A DNA stretch of 63,104 nucleotides, filler included, from Octopus bimaculoides (taxonomy: Eukaryota), in the NCBI RefSeq assembly GCF_001194135.2. It is 4 parts of 4 records of this genome, joined end to end, with 100 filler letters (N's around TTAATTAATTAA, not from the genome) between each part and the next. Parts side by side here need not be neighbours in the genome. Positions count along the whole stretch, not along the records: positions 1 to 26,836 come from NC_068990.1; positions 26,937 to 57,120 come from NC_068989.1; 2 more parts are not named here. The stretch is one strand, 5' to 3'. Position numbers and translations under genes: made by a program. Of the stretch, positions 24,770 through 38,370 are shown one piece after another; within the stretch, counting starts at the first letter, position 1; every line of letters begins with the position of its first letter. The notes below the pieces were generated by a model that saw nothing but the letters and a program-made list of their open reading frames with translations, did not search any database and was not told where the DNA came from.

Positions 24770-24838
24770 CCTGCTGAAGAAGACTTCGCCTAGCAAATTA
24801 TTTTATTTACTAAAATAAGTCAGAAACCATGGTCCAAG
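24770..24838 (+). ncRNA. Hammerhead ribozyme-like motif (A/A at base of stem II)
   Basis: CCTG-CTGAAGA-A-GACTT...AAGTC-A-GAA-ACCATGGT-C-CAAG. Cores are intact, the triplet is GUC, stem III is palindromic, stem II is 5 bp, and stem I has 3 of 4 pairs. Confidence 0.6.
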
Positions 24839-24885
24839 AGTTAGATGATAAATATTTTTATTTTTCATTATATATATATATATAT

Positions 24886-24982
<97 letters not shown>

Positions 24983-26502
24983 TAGATAACTATAGATAGA
25001 TACACATAGATACAGAAAGATAGATATAGATAAAGATAGAGATAGATAACTGGACTTTGAGCTAAGATGGTGTTGAAAATGAAGAACACAATCAACGTTT
25101 TAAAACATTAAAATGGAAAGTTTAAAATTATGCTTATACTTTTTGGCTCTACAAATGTTAAGAGACTTGGTTACATAGTATATCCATAGTTGTTTTAATA
25201 TCATTACATGTAAGATTGTTACTTGGGCATAAGTTCAGCCTTGATAAAGTAGACATATGATCAGATGTGTTCCGGCCATGACAACTCATGTTTGATTCAA
25301 GACATATTTTATTTCGGACTACGTCGTCATCCAGTGTGTCCTTCCCTGCTGTTGTTCGTCTTCGCTTTTCCTCCAGTAAGCTATGGCTGAGCAAACCTAT
25401 AATCAAAGCTGTTCGAAACAATATCGATCTTGCCTTTTATGCAGACATACTATATCACGTTTTATTTTCTTAAGACGGCAAACTATGACACAAACGAAAT
25501 TTGGTTGTTTTGTATAGCATGTCGCGCAACACGGTAGAGGTTTCTTCGGAAGTTTAATACTGAGAGAGTTAGTGACAAAGAGTTGTAGAAATAAAATAAA
25601 TTTTCCATATTGTTTCAACAGATATTGTATGAATATTTTAAGTAGTTGTAAACTACTCGAGATAAATTTCCTGTCATGAACATTGCAGATAATTAGATTC
25701 ATAAACATACAAGTAATTGTTGAGCGTTATTTGATACTGCGCTCTCCGCGCGCGTGTGTGGTTTCTTTTATCTATGAAATATTCTTATCTATATAGGTGA
25801 ATTGTAATATTAACATTAAATTAAGATTATATACTTAGTCCAGTAGGGTATAGTCAGAATAGAGGCGCAATGTTGACTAAATGTTTTTCATGCTAACATG
25901 CCTGTCTGTCTGGCTGTCTGTCTGTCCACTTTACGTATCGAGTTCTATTTCTCTCGATTGTAAAACCAAACGTACCACACTCTCTCTTTCTCTCCATCCC
26001 CCATCTCTCTCTCTCTCTGTAACTATGTCTGTTTCTATACATCATATGCATATATGAATATACACATAAATATCTATGTGTGTGTATGGCGTGTATATAC
26101 GTTATTTTGTGCTATTTTCTAAATGTCTCACCAATAGAGAAAAAGCTGGTGTCGAACCTTCACAACTAGGATGTCTCATTGGAATTTATACTTCAGCTGG
26201 TTTCATCATCTGGTTTCATATTTAAAATATGCATGTATGCATGTATGTATGAATGTATGTACATACGTACTTACCAACCTACGTACGTATTTTTGTATGT
26301 ATGTATGTATGTTCTCTTTCTCTTTTTAATTTAGAATAAATTTTGACCTGCTATCTATTTGGTAGGAAGCTTATGAAGAAAAGCATCTTGGTTTAAACCA
26401 TCATCCTTTAAATCTCAAGATTGCAGATTTTTATAGTTCTATATGTAAGTATGTATGTATGTATGTATGTATGTATGTATGTATGTATGTATGTATGTAT
26501 GT

Positions 26503-26578
<76 letters not shown>

Positions 26579-26580
26579 AC

Positions 26581-26645
26581 CAAAACAGTTTGATTCAAAT
26601 TCGTTGGTACTCTTGAGTTTCAAGCGTGATGCTAATCGTCAGCAC
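26581..26645 (-). repeat. Solo copy of the 19476 hammerhead-like arm
   Basis: High identity to 19477-19537. The minus strand reads CTGACGA-ttagcatcacgctt-GAA-ACTCAAGAGT-A. Confidence 0.75.
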
Positions 26646-26703
26646 TCAACCAATTCATTAGTTGAGGTTCCCTTCTTTCGTTTGTCCACTCACTCGTATG
26701 TAT

Positions 26704-26818
<115 letters not shown>

Positions 26819-26836
26819 TGTATACACACACGCACA

Positions 26837-26936
26837 NNNNNNNNNNNNNNNNNNNNNNNNNNNNNNNNNNNNNNNNNNNNTTAATTAATTAANNNNNNNN
26901 NNNNNNNNNNNNNNNNNNNNNNNNNNNNNNNNNNNN
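26837..26936. other. Artificial 100-bp scaffold spacer (44 N + TTAATTAATTAA + 44 N); also at 57121-57220 and 61068-61167
   Basis: An identical 12-mer with stops in all six frames is centred in N runs three times. Confidence 0.95.
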
Positions 26937-27270
26937 GAAAATAGCTCTTCCTTCCCGTTTAAATGAAGAAGGCGCGACAATATTCACGATAGACTCGGCT
27001 GATAGACCGACTCGTCCAACACGCGATAGCAGTTGTTCGACGTAAACCCACAGCTCGGAAATGGTGGGACACTGTACGAGTGCGTGCAGAACGGTTTCGT
27101 CGCTCTGCCCGCATCTCGGACAGGTCGGCCCCGTGTTTCTCGAGCCATGCCTGTAGAGCTTATCCCGAACGGGTAGTGCTTCTCGATAGCACTGCCAGGC
27201 CAGGGATCTCTGGAAGTTGTCCATATGTCCCGGCCCGAAGGTCGTCTTAAACAGGCGCCGAAGGTCGTCT
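26937..27270 (-). mobile_element. Tx1/L1-clade LINE ORF2 fragment (zf-RVT)
   Basis: LAWQCYREALPVRDKL..CPRCGQSDETVLHALVQC..LW. Confidence 0.8.
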
Positions 27271-27325
<55 letters not shown>

Positions 27326-27945
27326 CTTTATTGGCCACACAGGGCTAAACATAGAGGGGACAAATACAATGTAGAGTTTTTCTTTTCGAGTGGGGGGGGG
27401 GCGAAAACAACCGAAATTAAAAAATAAAAATAGGGACAACAATCAAAAGGGATCGAAATCGTTTGGGATATACAAAAAGTCGAAATAATACAATAAGCTC
27501 CCAAAAGTAGGGAGATTTATCCGTGGAAAGAAAAATCTACGAAAAGACCATGGTAACCTCGAGCAATAATGTCACAAAACAACACATTTACAAGTAGGTA
27601 ACTCTCTTTTTCCTTTGTTTTTTTCTGGCTCATAAGATTATGCTCAAAGTGGCTCCGTCATTCACACGTGCCATCCTTGCTACATTCACCCATCTCTTGT
27701 TGAAACATTCACTGGACAAAACTTCCCTCTCTCCTCTAACCTTTCTTTTCAAGTGATACTTGAAGAAGTTTATGAGAGATTCACCAGAGAGGAAAGTGTT
27801 TGTCTCTGGTACTTCAGACGCGTCCACCAGACACATTCTTTCGCCATAGCCACAAGTACGATAAAAATTTATCTTCTTTCCCGTTTCAAGGCAGGAGGCG
27901 CGACAATATTGATGATAGACTCGGCAAGCCAGCTTAGTATTTAAC
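27271..27945 (-). mobile_element. Tx1/L1-clade LINE 3' end (ORF2 C-terminus, 3' UTR, AATAAA, (TATC)n tail)
   Basis: AESIINIVAPP..KECVWWTRLK..FFKYHLKRKV..RWV. AATAAA at 27327-27332 (minus) is directly followed by the microsatellite at 27271-27324. Confidence 0.8.
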
Positions 27946-28150
27946 TTACGATGTTGTCAGTTGTCAACGAAAAGAATAAAAATAACACAACCACAGAAAA
28001 GCTACCTCAATACATTTAGTTATTTGGCTATTTATGTATACTAAAAGTTAAGTTGTAAATATTCAGAAAGATTACGCTTATTAAGTTTGTGAATTTGTTT
28101 TGCAAGATTCCTGATGTGAAATCATGTGTTGAAACAGATATTATAATACT

Positions 28151-28438
28151 TCGGGACGGTCATTTTTTCTTTTCAAATAAACACACGCACTATATATTCG
28201 TCCTTCACTCGTTCATTATTGTTCTTATTTCATCTTAGGTCCATTAACTGGAAATTTTTCGTCACACATCTGTGGCCTCTTCTGAGGCTCTTCTATCCAC
28301 GTATTTCCTTCTGTTCTGTTTAGCCCGTTCTATTTAGTCCATTGGATATAAGATGAACTAAGAACAATAATAAACGAGTAAAAAACGAATGTATACCACG
28401 TGTGTTTATTTGGCAAGAAAAAAAATTGACCATCCCGA
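28151..28438. mobile_element. MITE with ~75-90-bp imperfect TIRs
   Basis: TCGGGACGGTCA...TATTGTTC versus GAACAATA...TGACCATCCCGA. Confidence 0.7.
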
Positions 28439-29042
28439 AATATAACAATACGTTTATCAAATTACAGGAAAAGCAATTATAAAGGATTCAAGCTGTTATT
28501 GGTTGCCTTGGTAACATTGCGTCCGCATACACTTTGGATGTATTGAATTATATAATCGAACAAATATAGATCGATTTTATGCACAAGAAGAGATCATTGG
28601 ATTTCTATGATGTAATCCTCAAATAAAGATATTATATTCTCCATTCTTGTTGAAGTTATTTTAATATACTTAATTTACTCTGGATTTCTTGAAATTCTTC
28701 TGAGCGATATCGGGAATTACTTATCACGCCGAAGGCATTACCATTGGTATTAATTCAATTTGCATCTTTAGATATCTGTTTGTTTGATGTAGTTAACTAA
28801 CACTGATTAAGAACTGAGTACTTACAAAATAACTGCCTGCATTTATTAATCCATATTACCTTAGCTATATGTGTGTGTATGAGTGTGTGCCTGTGCGCGC
28901 GCGTGTCTGTGTCTGTGTATATACATGTATATATATATATATGTATACATATATGTCTGTATATAGATGTATATATGCATTATATGTGTATATATATGTA
29001 TAGGTGTGTGTATGTGTCTGTATGTGCCTGTGTATATACACG

Positions 29043-29075
<33 letters not shown>

Positions 29076-29322
29076 NNNNNNNNNNNNNNNNNNNNNNNNN
29101 NNNNNNNNNNNNNNNNNNNNNNNNNNNNNNNNNNNNNNNNNNNNNNNNNNNNNNNNNNNNNNNNNNNNNNNNNNNNNNNNNNNNNNNNNNNNNNNNNNNN
29201 NNNNNNNNNNNNNNNNNNNNNNNNNNNNNNNNNNNNNNNNNNNNNNNNNNNNNNNNNNNNNNNNNNNNNNNNNNNNNNNNNNNNNNNNNNNNNNNNNNNN
29301 NNNNNNNNNNNNNNNNNNNNNN

Positions 29323-29408
<86 letters not shown>

Positions 29409-29629
29409 TGCGTATAGTATGCGTATGTCTCTTTGCACTTGTGCTAGTCTTCCGCCACTGCTTGATGACATAGCAGTTCGATAAAAGTATTCGATAGAAT
29501 AAGTGCTAAATTTAAAGATAAGACCTGGGATCGACCCGTACGACTAAATCCTTCAGCATGTCTGCAGTTCAATGACTGGAACTAGTTAAAGTTATATACA
29601 TATAAAATTATCTGGCGAAAAATTGCAAA

Positions 29630-30260
29630 CGAGAATTAGATGAACACCTAGCTGGTTTCAAATTCTTACGCAATAACAGTATTCAGTTCATAATGGAATT
29701 TAACCATAACCAACTACCCGTGTTAGACATTTCGATTATTATAAATGACACGAACATAGAAGCAAACGTCGACTACAAACCAACAGACTCATTACAAACA
29801 ATTTACTTCATGCCACCCAAAACATGAAATCCGGTGCTACATTTAATCTATCTAGGAGAATCCGCACAATTGTCTCCGATCCGGATGTTCAGAATAAAAG
29901 ACTTCCTGAATTAAAGTAGACGCTTCTTCAAAGAAAGTGCTCTAATAGAGAATGGAATTGAAAGCGCCAAAGCAATAAACAGTGGAGATATTTTTAAAAT
30001 GCTAAAAACAGTTGAGATACACGCAAAGCTTTATCTTTAATTACTAAGAAACATAGATATATTCACCATTATCCATCAGAACATACGTTTATTGAGTCAA
30101 GACCCAAGAATGAAAAAAGCACTTGAATCATACAAAATAATCAAAGGCGAAAAACAACCAAAATCCCCAAAATGACTACTTACCAACGCGAAACTACCAA
30201 GAACGAACTCAACGTAAAATGTGTGGCCGATGTAATAGTGGAATTGTGACAATGTTATTG
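29630..30260 (+). mobile_element. Penelope-like element RT/thumb relic
   Basis: NSIQFIMEF..QLPVLDI..YKPTD..SCHPKH..FNLSRRIRTIVS..RL.EL..LIENGI, followed by KCGRCN. Confidence 0.75.
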
Positions 30261-30330
30261 AGGACACGACTTATAAGATTAAGCCGGGATTCTGCCATCC
30301 AGTGCAATGGATGCAGGGAAGATAAATTGG

Positions 30331-30370
<40 letters not shown>

Positions 30371-30376
<6 letters not shown>

Positions 30377-30890
30377 GTTATCCCATAAACAATGCGGTTT
30401 TTTATACTTCTTTTATTTTTCAAAACTAAAATAAACAAACTTCATTTTTAATCTAAAATATACTCTACTTCATTTTCTACAATGCTCTTCCATATCTCTG
30501 GTAGACGTTCAAAGACCCTCTTCCAAAATTCACATGTCCGTGACGAAAGATATTCCTCCAGTACTGTTCTAACCTCGTCTACAGAATTCATATTTTGTCC
30601 GTCCAAATAATTTTGAAGACTGCGGAATAAATGATAATCAGATGGAGCAATGTCCGGCGAATATGGTGGGTGGGCCATCATTTTCCATTCGCACTGCTCC
30701 AGCCTTTGGAATGTAATCCTTGCTGTATGTGGCCGGGCATTATCTTCATGGAAGAACACCTTTCATCTTGAAACCAAAGATTGTCGATTATCTTTTCTGA
30801 CTTAACTCACTCAAGCTACACGCTGTAGATATCCTTTGTTATCGCCTGGTTTGGATTTAAATTAAGACAGATCTGATTGAAGAATATTTT
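30371..30890 (-). mobile_element. mariner (DD34D) 3' fragment with TIR
   Basis: HEDNARPH, HPPYSPDIAPSDYHLF, and TATTGGGTTATCCCATAA terminus in TA repeats. Confidence 0.85.
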
Positions 30891-31033
30891 TGTGAAAGCG
30901 CTTTCACAGTCTTCAACTTTACAAGCACGCGTGGTATAGGTATGTGTGTGTGTGTATGTGTGTGTGTGTGTGTGTGTGTTGTATGTGTGTGTGTGTGTGC
31001 GCGCGCGTCAAATATATATATTGAGAGTTAAAT

Positions 31034-31034
<1 letters not shown>

Positions 31035-31075
<41 letters not shown>

Positions 31076-31160
31076 GAACGAACGAAAGAAAGAACGAACG
31101 AACGAACGAACGAACGAACGAACGAACGAACGAACGAACGAACGAACGAACGAACGAACG
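31035..31160. repeat. Compound (GAAA)n/(GAAC)n microsatellite
   Basis: Direct reading. Confidence 0.9.
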
Positions 31161-31989
31161 CTCTAAATTCAAATAGCTATAAAATAAAAGCAAATTGCTC
31201 AGGACAATTGTACTGAGTTTTGGACTAGATTGTTCTCATTTATTGCTATTTTTCATAACAGATGAATGTTGAATCTTAAAATATAAATAAAGCAAGAGAA
31301 TTCTCCAATGGAGAATATTAAGTCAGTAATGTAATAAGTTCAGTTTTGGTTAATTTGTAAAATATGAAATATTGCAAATGTTTTTGTAACAAATTACTCG
31401 ATAAAAGCAAAACAAATGAAACATGAATATGTTTATAGTGTATTATACATGAAAGACGGACGCAAATGTGATGAACTTGACTGAATGGAAATACATTTCG
31501 TGTATACAATTGCGTATTTGTAAATATGTTAATATCTTTAAGAATATATAATGATAAATTCCTGTGATATACATCGACCTAATCTTGAATGAATGACTGA
31601 GACTGGTATTTTATATGCTAAACACGTAGACATATATATATATATATATATATATCAAAATAGAGCAAGCCGATTATTGATTGATTATGAATATAAATAT
31701 TCTACTCGAAATATTTTTTCAAGTATTTTTCCTCTTTTTCTGTTGAATTGTCAAGCACCTTTCAATCACAAAATATTTTTTATTCACTGCCATCACTCAT
31801 AATACAATTTTTTACTCCGTGCAACATACGTCTGTTTGTCTCTCTTTACCTCTAGTCGATTGTTTTCATTAAAAGTGAAAGTCAATATTATATTTTTTTT
31901 CCCCTTTTTAGATATGAGAATTTTTTTTTTTAAACATCTATTCGTGTTTATTGCCAGGTATAATATATTGATACTTGTTTTATTTTGCT

Positions 31990-32100
31990 GGTTGTTTTTG
32001 TTGTTTTTTTTGCGCTGCTCTTTTTGTTTTTGCTTTTTGGTTTTGTTTTGTTTTTTGCGCTGCTCTTTTTGTTTTTGCTTTTTGGTTTTGTTTTTGTTTT
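31990..32100. repeat. ~45-bp T-rich tandem duplication
   Basis: TTTTTTGCGCTGCTCTTTTTGTTTTTGCTTTTTGGTTTTGTTTT occurs twice. Confidence 0.8.
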
Positions 32101-32295
32101 TTGTATTTTTGTTTTTTCAACGTCTTCCGCCCTTCGATTTTCATCAAAATGCTCAGCACATTTCAAGAAATGTAAAATGAATAATGAATAATGAATATGA
32201 GAAAATGACACTCAGAAATAAGTTATTTTGTTGCATACACAGGTGAATAAATATTGTGTTCTTGTTTATTTGTATCTACGTATGTGTGTGTGTAT

Positions 32296-32658
32296 AGTAG
32301 GTCGTCAAGTATGAAGTTTGTAGTAAGGTACATGGTAATATTTGACAGCTACTCATTTTGCGCCATTATTATATTTTGACAATCTTCATTTTTTGTTAGG
32401 AAGCTAACACACCTATTTCTTTATTCTAGCTCATTTTGCGCTTTATAAAGTATTTATAAATTGCTTTTTGTTATTTTTGTTTAGAGATGGATATGTCGGA
32501 AATTTGTTCTGTTCTAAAATATGAGTTCTTTCTTAGAAATACAGCATCACAGACAGCTCGGAATATTAATGGAGTATTTCATTCTAATGTTATTACACAA
32601 CCGACAGTATCAAGTTGGTTTGCAACATTTCGTTCTGGTAAGTTTGACTTCAGAAATG
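32296..32658 (+). mobile_element. mariner 5' fragment (HTH region), truncated by gap
   Basis: MDMSEICSVLKYEF..ASQTARNINGVF..TV..WF..FRSG.F resembles the Hsmar1/Mos1-type N-terminus. Confidence 0.75.
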
Positions 32659-32996
32659 NNNNNNNNNNNNNNNNNNNNNNNNNNNNNNNNNNNNNNNNNN
32701 NNNNNNNNNNNNNNNNNNNNNNNNNNNNNNNNNNNNNNNNNNNNNNNNNNNNNNNNNNNNNNNNNNNNNNNNNNNNNNNNNNNNNNNNNNNNNNNNNNNN
32801 NNNNNNNNNNNNNNNNNNNNNNNNNNNNNNNNNNNNNNNNNNNNNNNNNNNNNNNNNNNNNNNNNNNNNNNNNNNNNNNNNNNNNNNNNNNNNNNNNNNN
32901 NNNNNNNNNNNNNNNNNNNNNNNNNNNNNNNNNNNNNNNNNNNNNNNNNNNNNNNNNNNNNNNNNNNNNNNNNNNNNNNNNNNNNNNNNNNNNNNN

Positions 32997-33074
<78 letters not shown>

Positions 33075-34694
33075 GCCAGTGGATCATATATCCGAAAAAG
33101 AAGCAGGCCCTAAAAAGTTAGCGCTCAGCTTTATAGACAACTGGTTAAACTCTAATGGCAGAGGGTATATAACGAACATGTACACCAACTGAAACATTAT
33201 ATAACGAGGTGAACCAGCTACTAAACACCTACCTTGGTGCTGTTGCTGATGGTCGATCTTTGAATATAACTGTCAAATCTCCTTCAATTTATTCCGTAGA
33301 AAGAGCAGAACACATTGGACAAAGTGGTCTTAGATAAGACATCCTGAAAAGATAAAGGTAGGATAGTCAGTACTTGACCTCCTTTGATCTTATATCTGTT
33401 CAATCAGAACTGATGTGGGGGTAGGTTTTAAACAACATCATATCAAGTGAAGTGAATATAATCAAGAATAAATTAAAATGTAATTTTAAAAAGAAGTTCC
33501 ATAAAAACATTTGTTCTTATCAAAAATATTGCTACATGAAAGAATTTTTGTAGCTGACATTGATTTTTAACAAAGGCGGAAAGCCTTACGTTTGTAAGAT
33601 GGCATAAGAATATAGTTAAATATATATACCACCAGTATTTCATTGCTATATAACGAAGGATACACCTTCACACTGCTACATAACGAAAGGTACAGCTAAA
33701 TACCTCATGGAATTTTGTTCGTCATTCTTTTGTGCAATATTCAATACTGGTAAATCGGCTTTATTTTATGGCTCTTCCAATTTAGTTTCTTTATTTCTCA
33801 GTTTATCTAACGATGTATTATATATATTTGATGCACATACACTAGTATCATTCGCTACAAGTTTTGATCAGAAACCCCACAATGTCTGCATGTGCACACA
33901 ATGAGCAGACTAAAGTTTGAGTTTCCAAATAGTTAACTAACTTACCTCGTTTACAGTGCTGATTGGTCGAGCAACGTTTATGTAAGCGTTCATATCTTTT
34001 ATAGTAACACTTTTCCTTTTATTCACATATATTAGTTTGTGATTCTAGACTGAGAAAATCTAAGGACTATGGTACAAATCTCAGCGGGCGTATCGCTAGA
34101 TCGGAGAACTATATTGCTCTTAGATGTTCCATCAAAATATTTAATATCGAATACAGCGGCATAAGTTTATATATTTTGTGAAGGGGAATAAAATAAGGTT
34201 GCTACTATATATGGTCGCCTGATTGGCTAGAAATAGTGACTAAATCTCCTTAAGAGAAGAAGAATAATAATATATTTCGCAAGTGATTTTTTTTTTTTTT
34301 TGTTACCACATTATAATTTTTGCTATTTCACTGCTCTTTGAGAATACCTCATGCTATTTAATGGTGGCAAACAGTTGTTTGAGTTAGAAAGTTGCTTCGC
34401 AATCATTTAGACATGTGTATGTGTGTGTGTGTGTGTTGTATGTGTGTGTGTGTGTGCGCGCGCGTCAAATATGAATAAATTCACGATCTATACCGCCTCC
34501 CCGTATAGAACCAAGTTGATCAAGTATTTATGGAATGAATTGAATATTCTTTCTATATATTAAAAAGCATTAAATAAAGCTCCTACGTTTCTAGTTATAA
34601 TTAATTTGATAAGCGTAAGGCTTCAAGCAGTGTTATCTTTCCAAATACTGTTAAACTTAATATTTCTATTGGATACGTTCACAATATACACATA

Positions 34695-35933
34695 CAGGGG
34701 TTGGACAAAATAATGGAAACACCTAGCATCATAGCATCATAGCATCATCATTTTAAAATATCTATAAAACTGTCAAAAGCTTGCTTATTTTTATGTTTTT
34801 TTTATTTATTATTAGCGTTGCTTAATATGTTTTATTAAAATTGCTGTTTCTTCTCAGGTATCATCAGAAAAAGGTATTTAAAATTCATTAAAATGGCAGA
34901 TTTATCGGACTTTCAAAGAGGTTAAATTGTTGGTGCTCGTATGACAGGCGCTAGCGTAGCGAAAACAGCTGAAATGTTTCGTGTATCAAGAAGTACTGTC
35001 TCAAAAGTAATGACAGCCTTTGAGAGAGAGGGAAAAGCCTCCTCGTCGAAACAAAACTCCGGAAGAAAACCAAAACTTTCAGATAGGGACCGTCGGACTC
35101 TTACGCGAATTGTTAAAGGACCACAAAATACAGCTCCCAAAATTAGTGCAGAACTTAATGACCACCTCGAGAACCCAATTTCCACAAAAAGTGTTCGCCG
35201 GGAGCTGGATTTCACAAAGCTGGATTTCACGGGAGGGTTGCAATCAGAAATCCACTACTTTCAAAAACAAACGTTGCAAAGCGTTTAAAGTGGAGTAAAA
35301 ACCTACAGAATCGGTCCCTACAGTAGTGGAAGAATGTTCTTTTCTTGGACAAGTCATCTTTTACCTTATTTCCTACCACCGGCCAAGTATACGTGTGGAG
35401 ACAGCCAAAGAAAGCATTTGATCTAGACTGTTTTCTTCCAACTGTTAAACATGGAGGAGGATCTGTGATGATCTGGTGGCAGAATTAATAGTGAAGACTA
35501 TTTAAGCATTTGATCTGATCAAATTCATCCGATGGTTGCGGAACTGTTTCCGGAGGGAAACGCAATCTTTCAGGATGATAATGCACCAATTCACACAGCT
35601 AAAGTTGTTACTGAATGACACGAGGAATATTCTAGTGAAGTTGAACATCTTATCTGGCCACCACAGTCCCAGATCTCAATATTATTGAACATTTATGGTG
35701 CATTTTAGAAAAACATGTAAGGAATCGATATCCTCCACCATCATCACTACAAGAACTGGAGACTGTTTCAGCTGAAGGATGGACAAAAATTCTTTTGGGA
35801 ACAATTCAAACTTTGTACGAGTCCATACCTCGTAGAATTCAAGTTGTAATTACTGCCAAAGGCGGTCCTACCCCATATTTAAATAAATTTGTTTGAAATT
35901 TTAAGGTGTTTCCATTATTTTGTCCAACCCTTG
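34695..35933 (+). mobile_element. Tc1-family transposon, full length, inactive
   Basis: 29-bp TIRs CAGGGGTTGGACAAAATAATGGAAACACC (1 mismatch), with TA on the left and CA on the right. Transposase runs from 34893 (MADLSDFQRG*IVGAR..., FQDDNAPIH, WPPQSPDLNIIEHLW) with stops and frameshifts. Confidence 0.9.
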
Positions 35934-36782
35934 CACATATATATGTGTATGTATCCATCTATCTATATTTCTATTTATCGATATATCAATGCATGTATGC
36001 GTGTATGCGTGTATGTATATATGTGCATCAGCATGCATGTATGCAAACGTATACAGATGCATGATTATGCGTATATATGTGCGTGTGTATGCATGTATGA
36101 ATATGTATGTATGCGTGGTGGTGTGTTTGTACGCATGCATATATGTATGTGTACATATATGTATGTGTATAGTTAATATAAATATTAATTCCTGATAGCA
36201 AATTCTGCACACTTTAGAAAGATAACAGTTTAATTTGCAATTTATGTTGAACACATAAATTACCACTTCACATACATAAAATTCATTTCAGGAGATCCAT
36301 CCCAGCATGCATCTGTTGAGCCATGAACATTCGCAATCAGAAAGGCACTCTAAGATCTATAACTTGCAAAAGAATACACCTACACATAAAAGCGCTAAGC
36401 AAATGGGATAAATCACCTGCTTACACGGGGAGTGGAGAGAAACAGCATACATTTTTCAGAAGAGGTCTTAGTCATCTTACGACAAACCGTATAAAGTTTA
36501 TTAGATACTGCTCTCATAATTGAAACAATAAAATCTATATTTGGTAATGTGTGTAGTCAAAGATCAATAAATAAAGGAATTCGTTATGTTAAGAAAAAGC
36601 TTCAAGAAAGTTTCTGCTAAGCTAAACAACAGACATTTTCTTATGATGAGACAATATGCGCATGTAATACATAGAGTTGTAGTGGGAATATATAGTCAGT
36701 ACATGGTGTTGATGTGGCTGCGTGTTTGTTATAACAATAGTTCATAAGGAGTTGAAAGAATAAATTCACGATCTATATTACT

Positions 36783-37008
36783 CTTTTATTACTCTTTTAC
36801 TTGTTTCAGTCATTTGACTGCGGCCATGCTGGAGCACCGCCTTTAGTCGAGCAAATCGACCCCAGGACTTATTCTTTGTAAGCTTAGTACTTATTCTATC
36901 GGACTCTTTTGCCGAACCGCTAAGTTACTGGGACGTAAACACACCAGCATTGGTTGTCAAGCGATGTTGGGGGGACAAACAGACACACAAACATATACAC
37001 ACACATAC

Positions 37009-37039
<31 letters not shown>

Positions 37040-37100
37040 CATATATAACCATGTGGTTGGTAAGCAAGCTACTTAGTACACAGCCACTCCTGCGCCTACA
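36783..37100 (-). mobile_element. SINE family C, internally deleted
   Basis: Antisense 3' half plus head (taggcgcaggagtggctg). Confidence 0.8.
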
Positions 37101-38370
37101 TATTTACTACATAGAAATATATTTTATTTACTGGTTGATGGTGATACACAGAATAAAAATGTAGAATCTAGTTGAATGAAGTAATCTATGCAAGAAGGTT
37201 CAGAGATAGAAAAATGTAGAAATAACAGCTAAGTGGTGATTTTCAGTCATGTGGCGTAGAGAAATAGATGGACAAAGCAATGACGTGAATTGCTCTAAAT
37301 CTAATCGACTAAGAAGCGAAAATCTGGGTGAGCAAGCTGTTTTTATCAATGGAACGCTAGATGTTCTCGAAACTCCCAAGAGAAACTCTAAGTTTCTTGA
37401 AAAGTTAAGAATCACGTTTCGTGTAACATATGCTTCGAGAGGCTTAGAAAAGGTAGGTTACTCTATGATCTCTCTTGCAAGGGAGATCATACAACTATCT
37501 AGCTACCGCTACAGAGTCAACGATATATGTGTGTGTGTGTGTGTGTCATTGTTCAGTTTTATTTATAATAAACCAAAAAGATTGCAATCAGAAATACTGC
37601 ACCGTAATTATGAAATGACAGAATACACATTTGAGAATAGTGACTGATTCGATTGAATATAACATAAAATTATCTGCTATTGATTATATCTTAAGAGCAA
37701 TTAGAAATATAAGATCCACTTTACTCTCACTGATGAAAAGCTTCTCATTAAAGTCATTATGGAAAATGTTGATGCTTCATAATCATTTGTCTATCAGGCG
37801 TCAATATTTTGTTCACTGAAAAGTTTAAAATTTTAATCTACAAAGAAGACATTTAGGTTGTTTTTTTCTCTCGAAAAAGCTGACTTCTGTATTTGCATTT
37901 TAACAGGAATATGGTAAATTATTGGGCGATATACGGGATTTGTCATTTAAAACAAAACTTTAGCGTAAAATGTCGAGCAAGGAACGATGAAATGACGTTT
38001 TAGCAATGACATTTAACATTTAAAGCAATGACTTCGATTCGCAGACATGAACAATCAACGACAATTATGAAATCAAGCTAATTAAACAGTAATTAAAATA
38101 TTACCCATCCATGACAGGCAGCTCTAATTTCAAAATTACATCAGTGACATAATGATTCCAACTGGCAACATCCATAATCTTACCAACAGTGTGTGAGTAT
38201 GACAATATACAATGGCCAAATTAATTACATAGGTCTGTGAAATGGAATTTTTAAAAATTTTGATAATTGTATCTTACTTTATACATTTTTGTGATGCTAA
38301 TTCGAAATATCAAAAACCTAAGGTTTTCTCACAATTAAATGATAAAATATACCGAATTTGTAGGTAAATC

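Noticed and set aside
26881-26892. TTAATTAATTAA motif repeated three times (also 57165, 61112)
   Set aside because: It is always centred in 44+44 N and is an artificial six-frame-stop spacer.
30448-30759. SETMAR-like gene
   Set aside because: It is only a mariner 3' fragment with a TIR and no SET domain.
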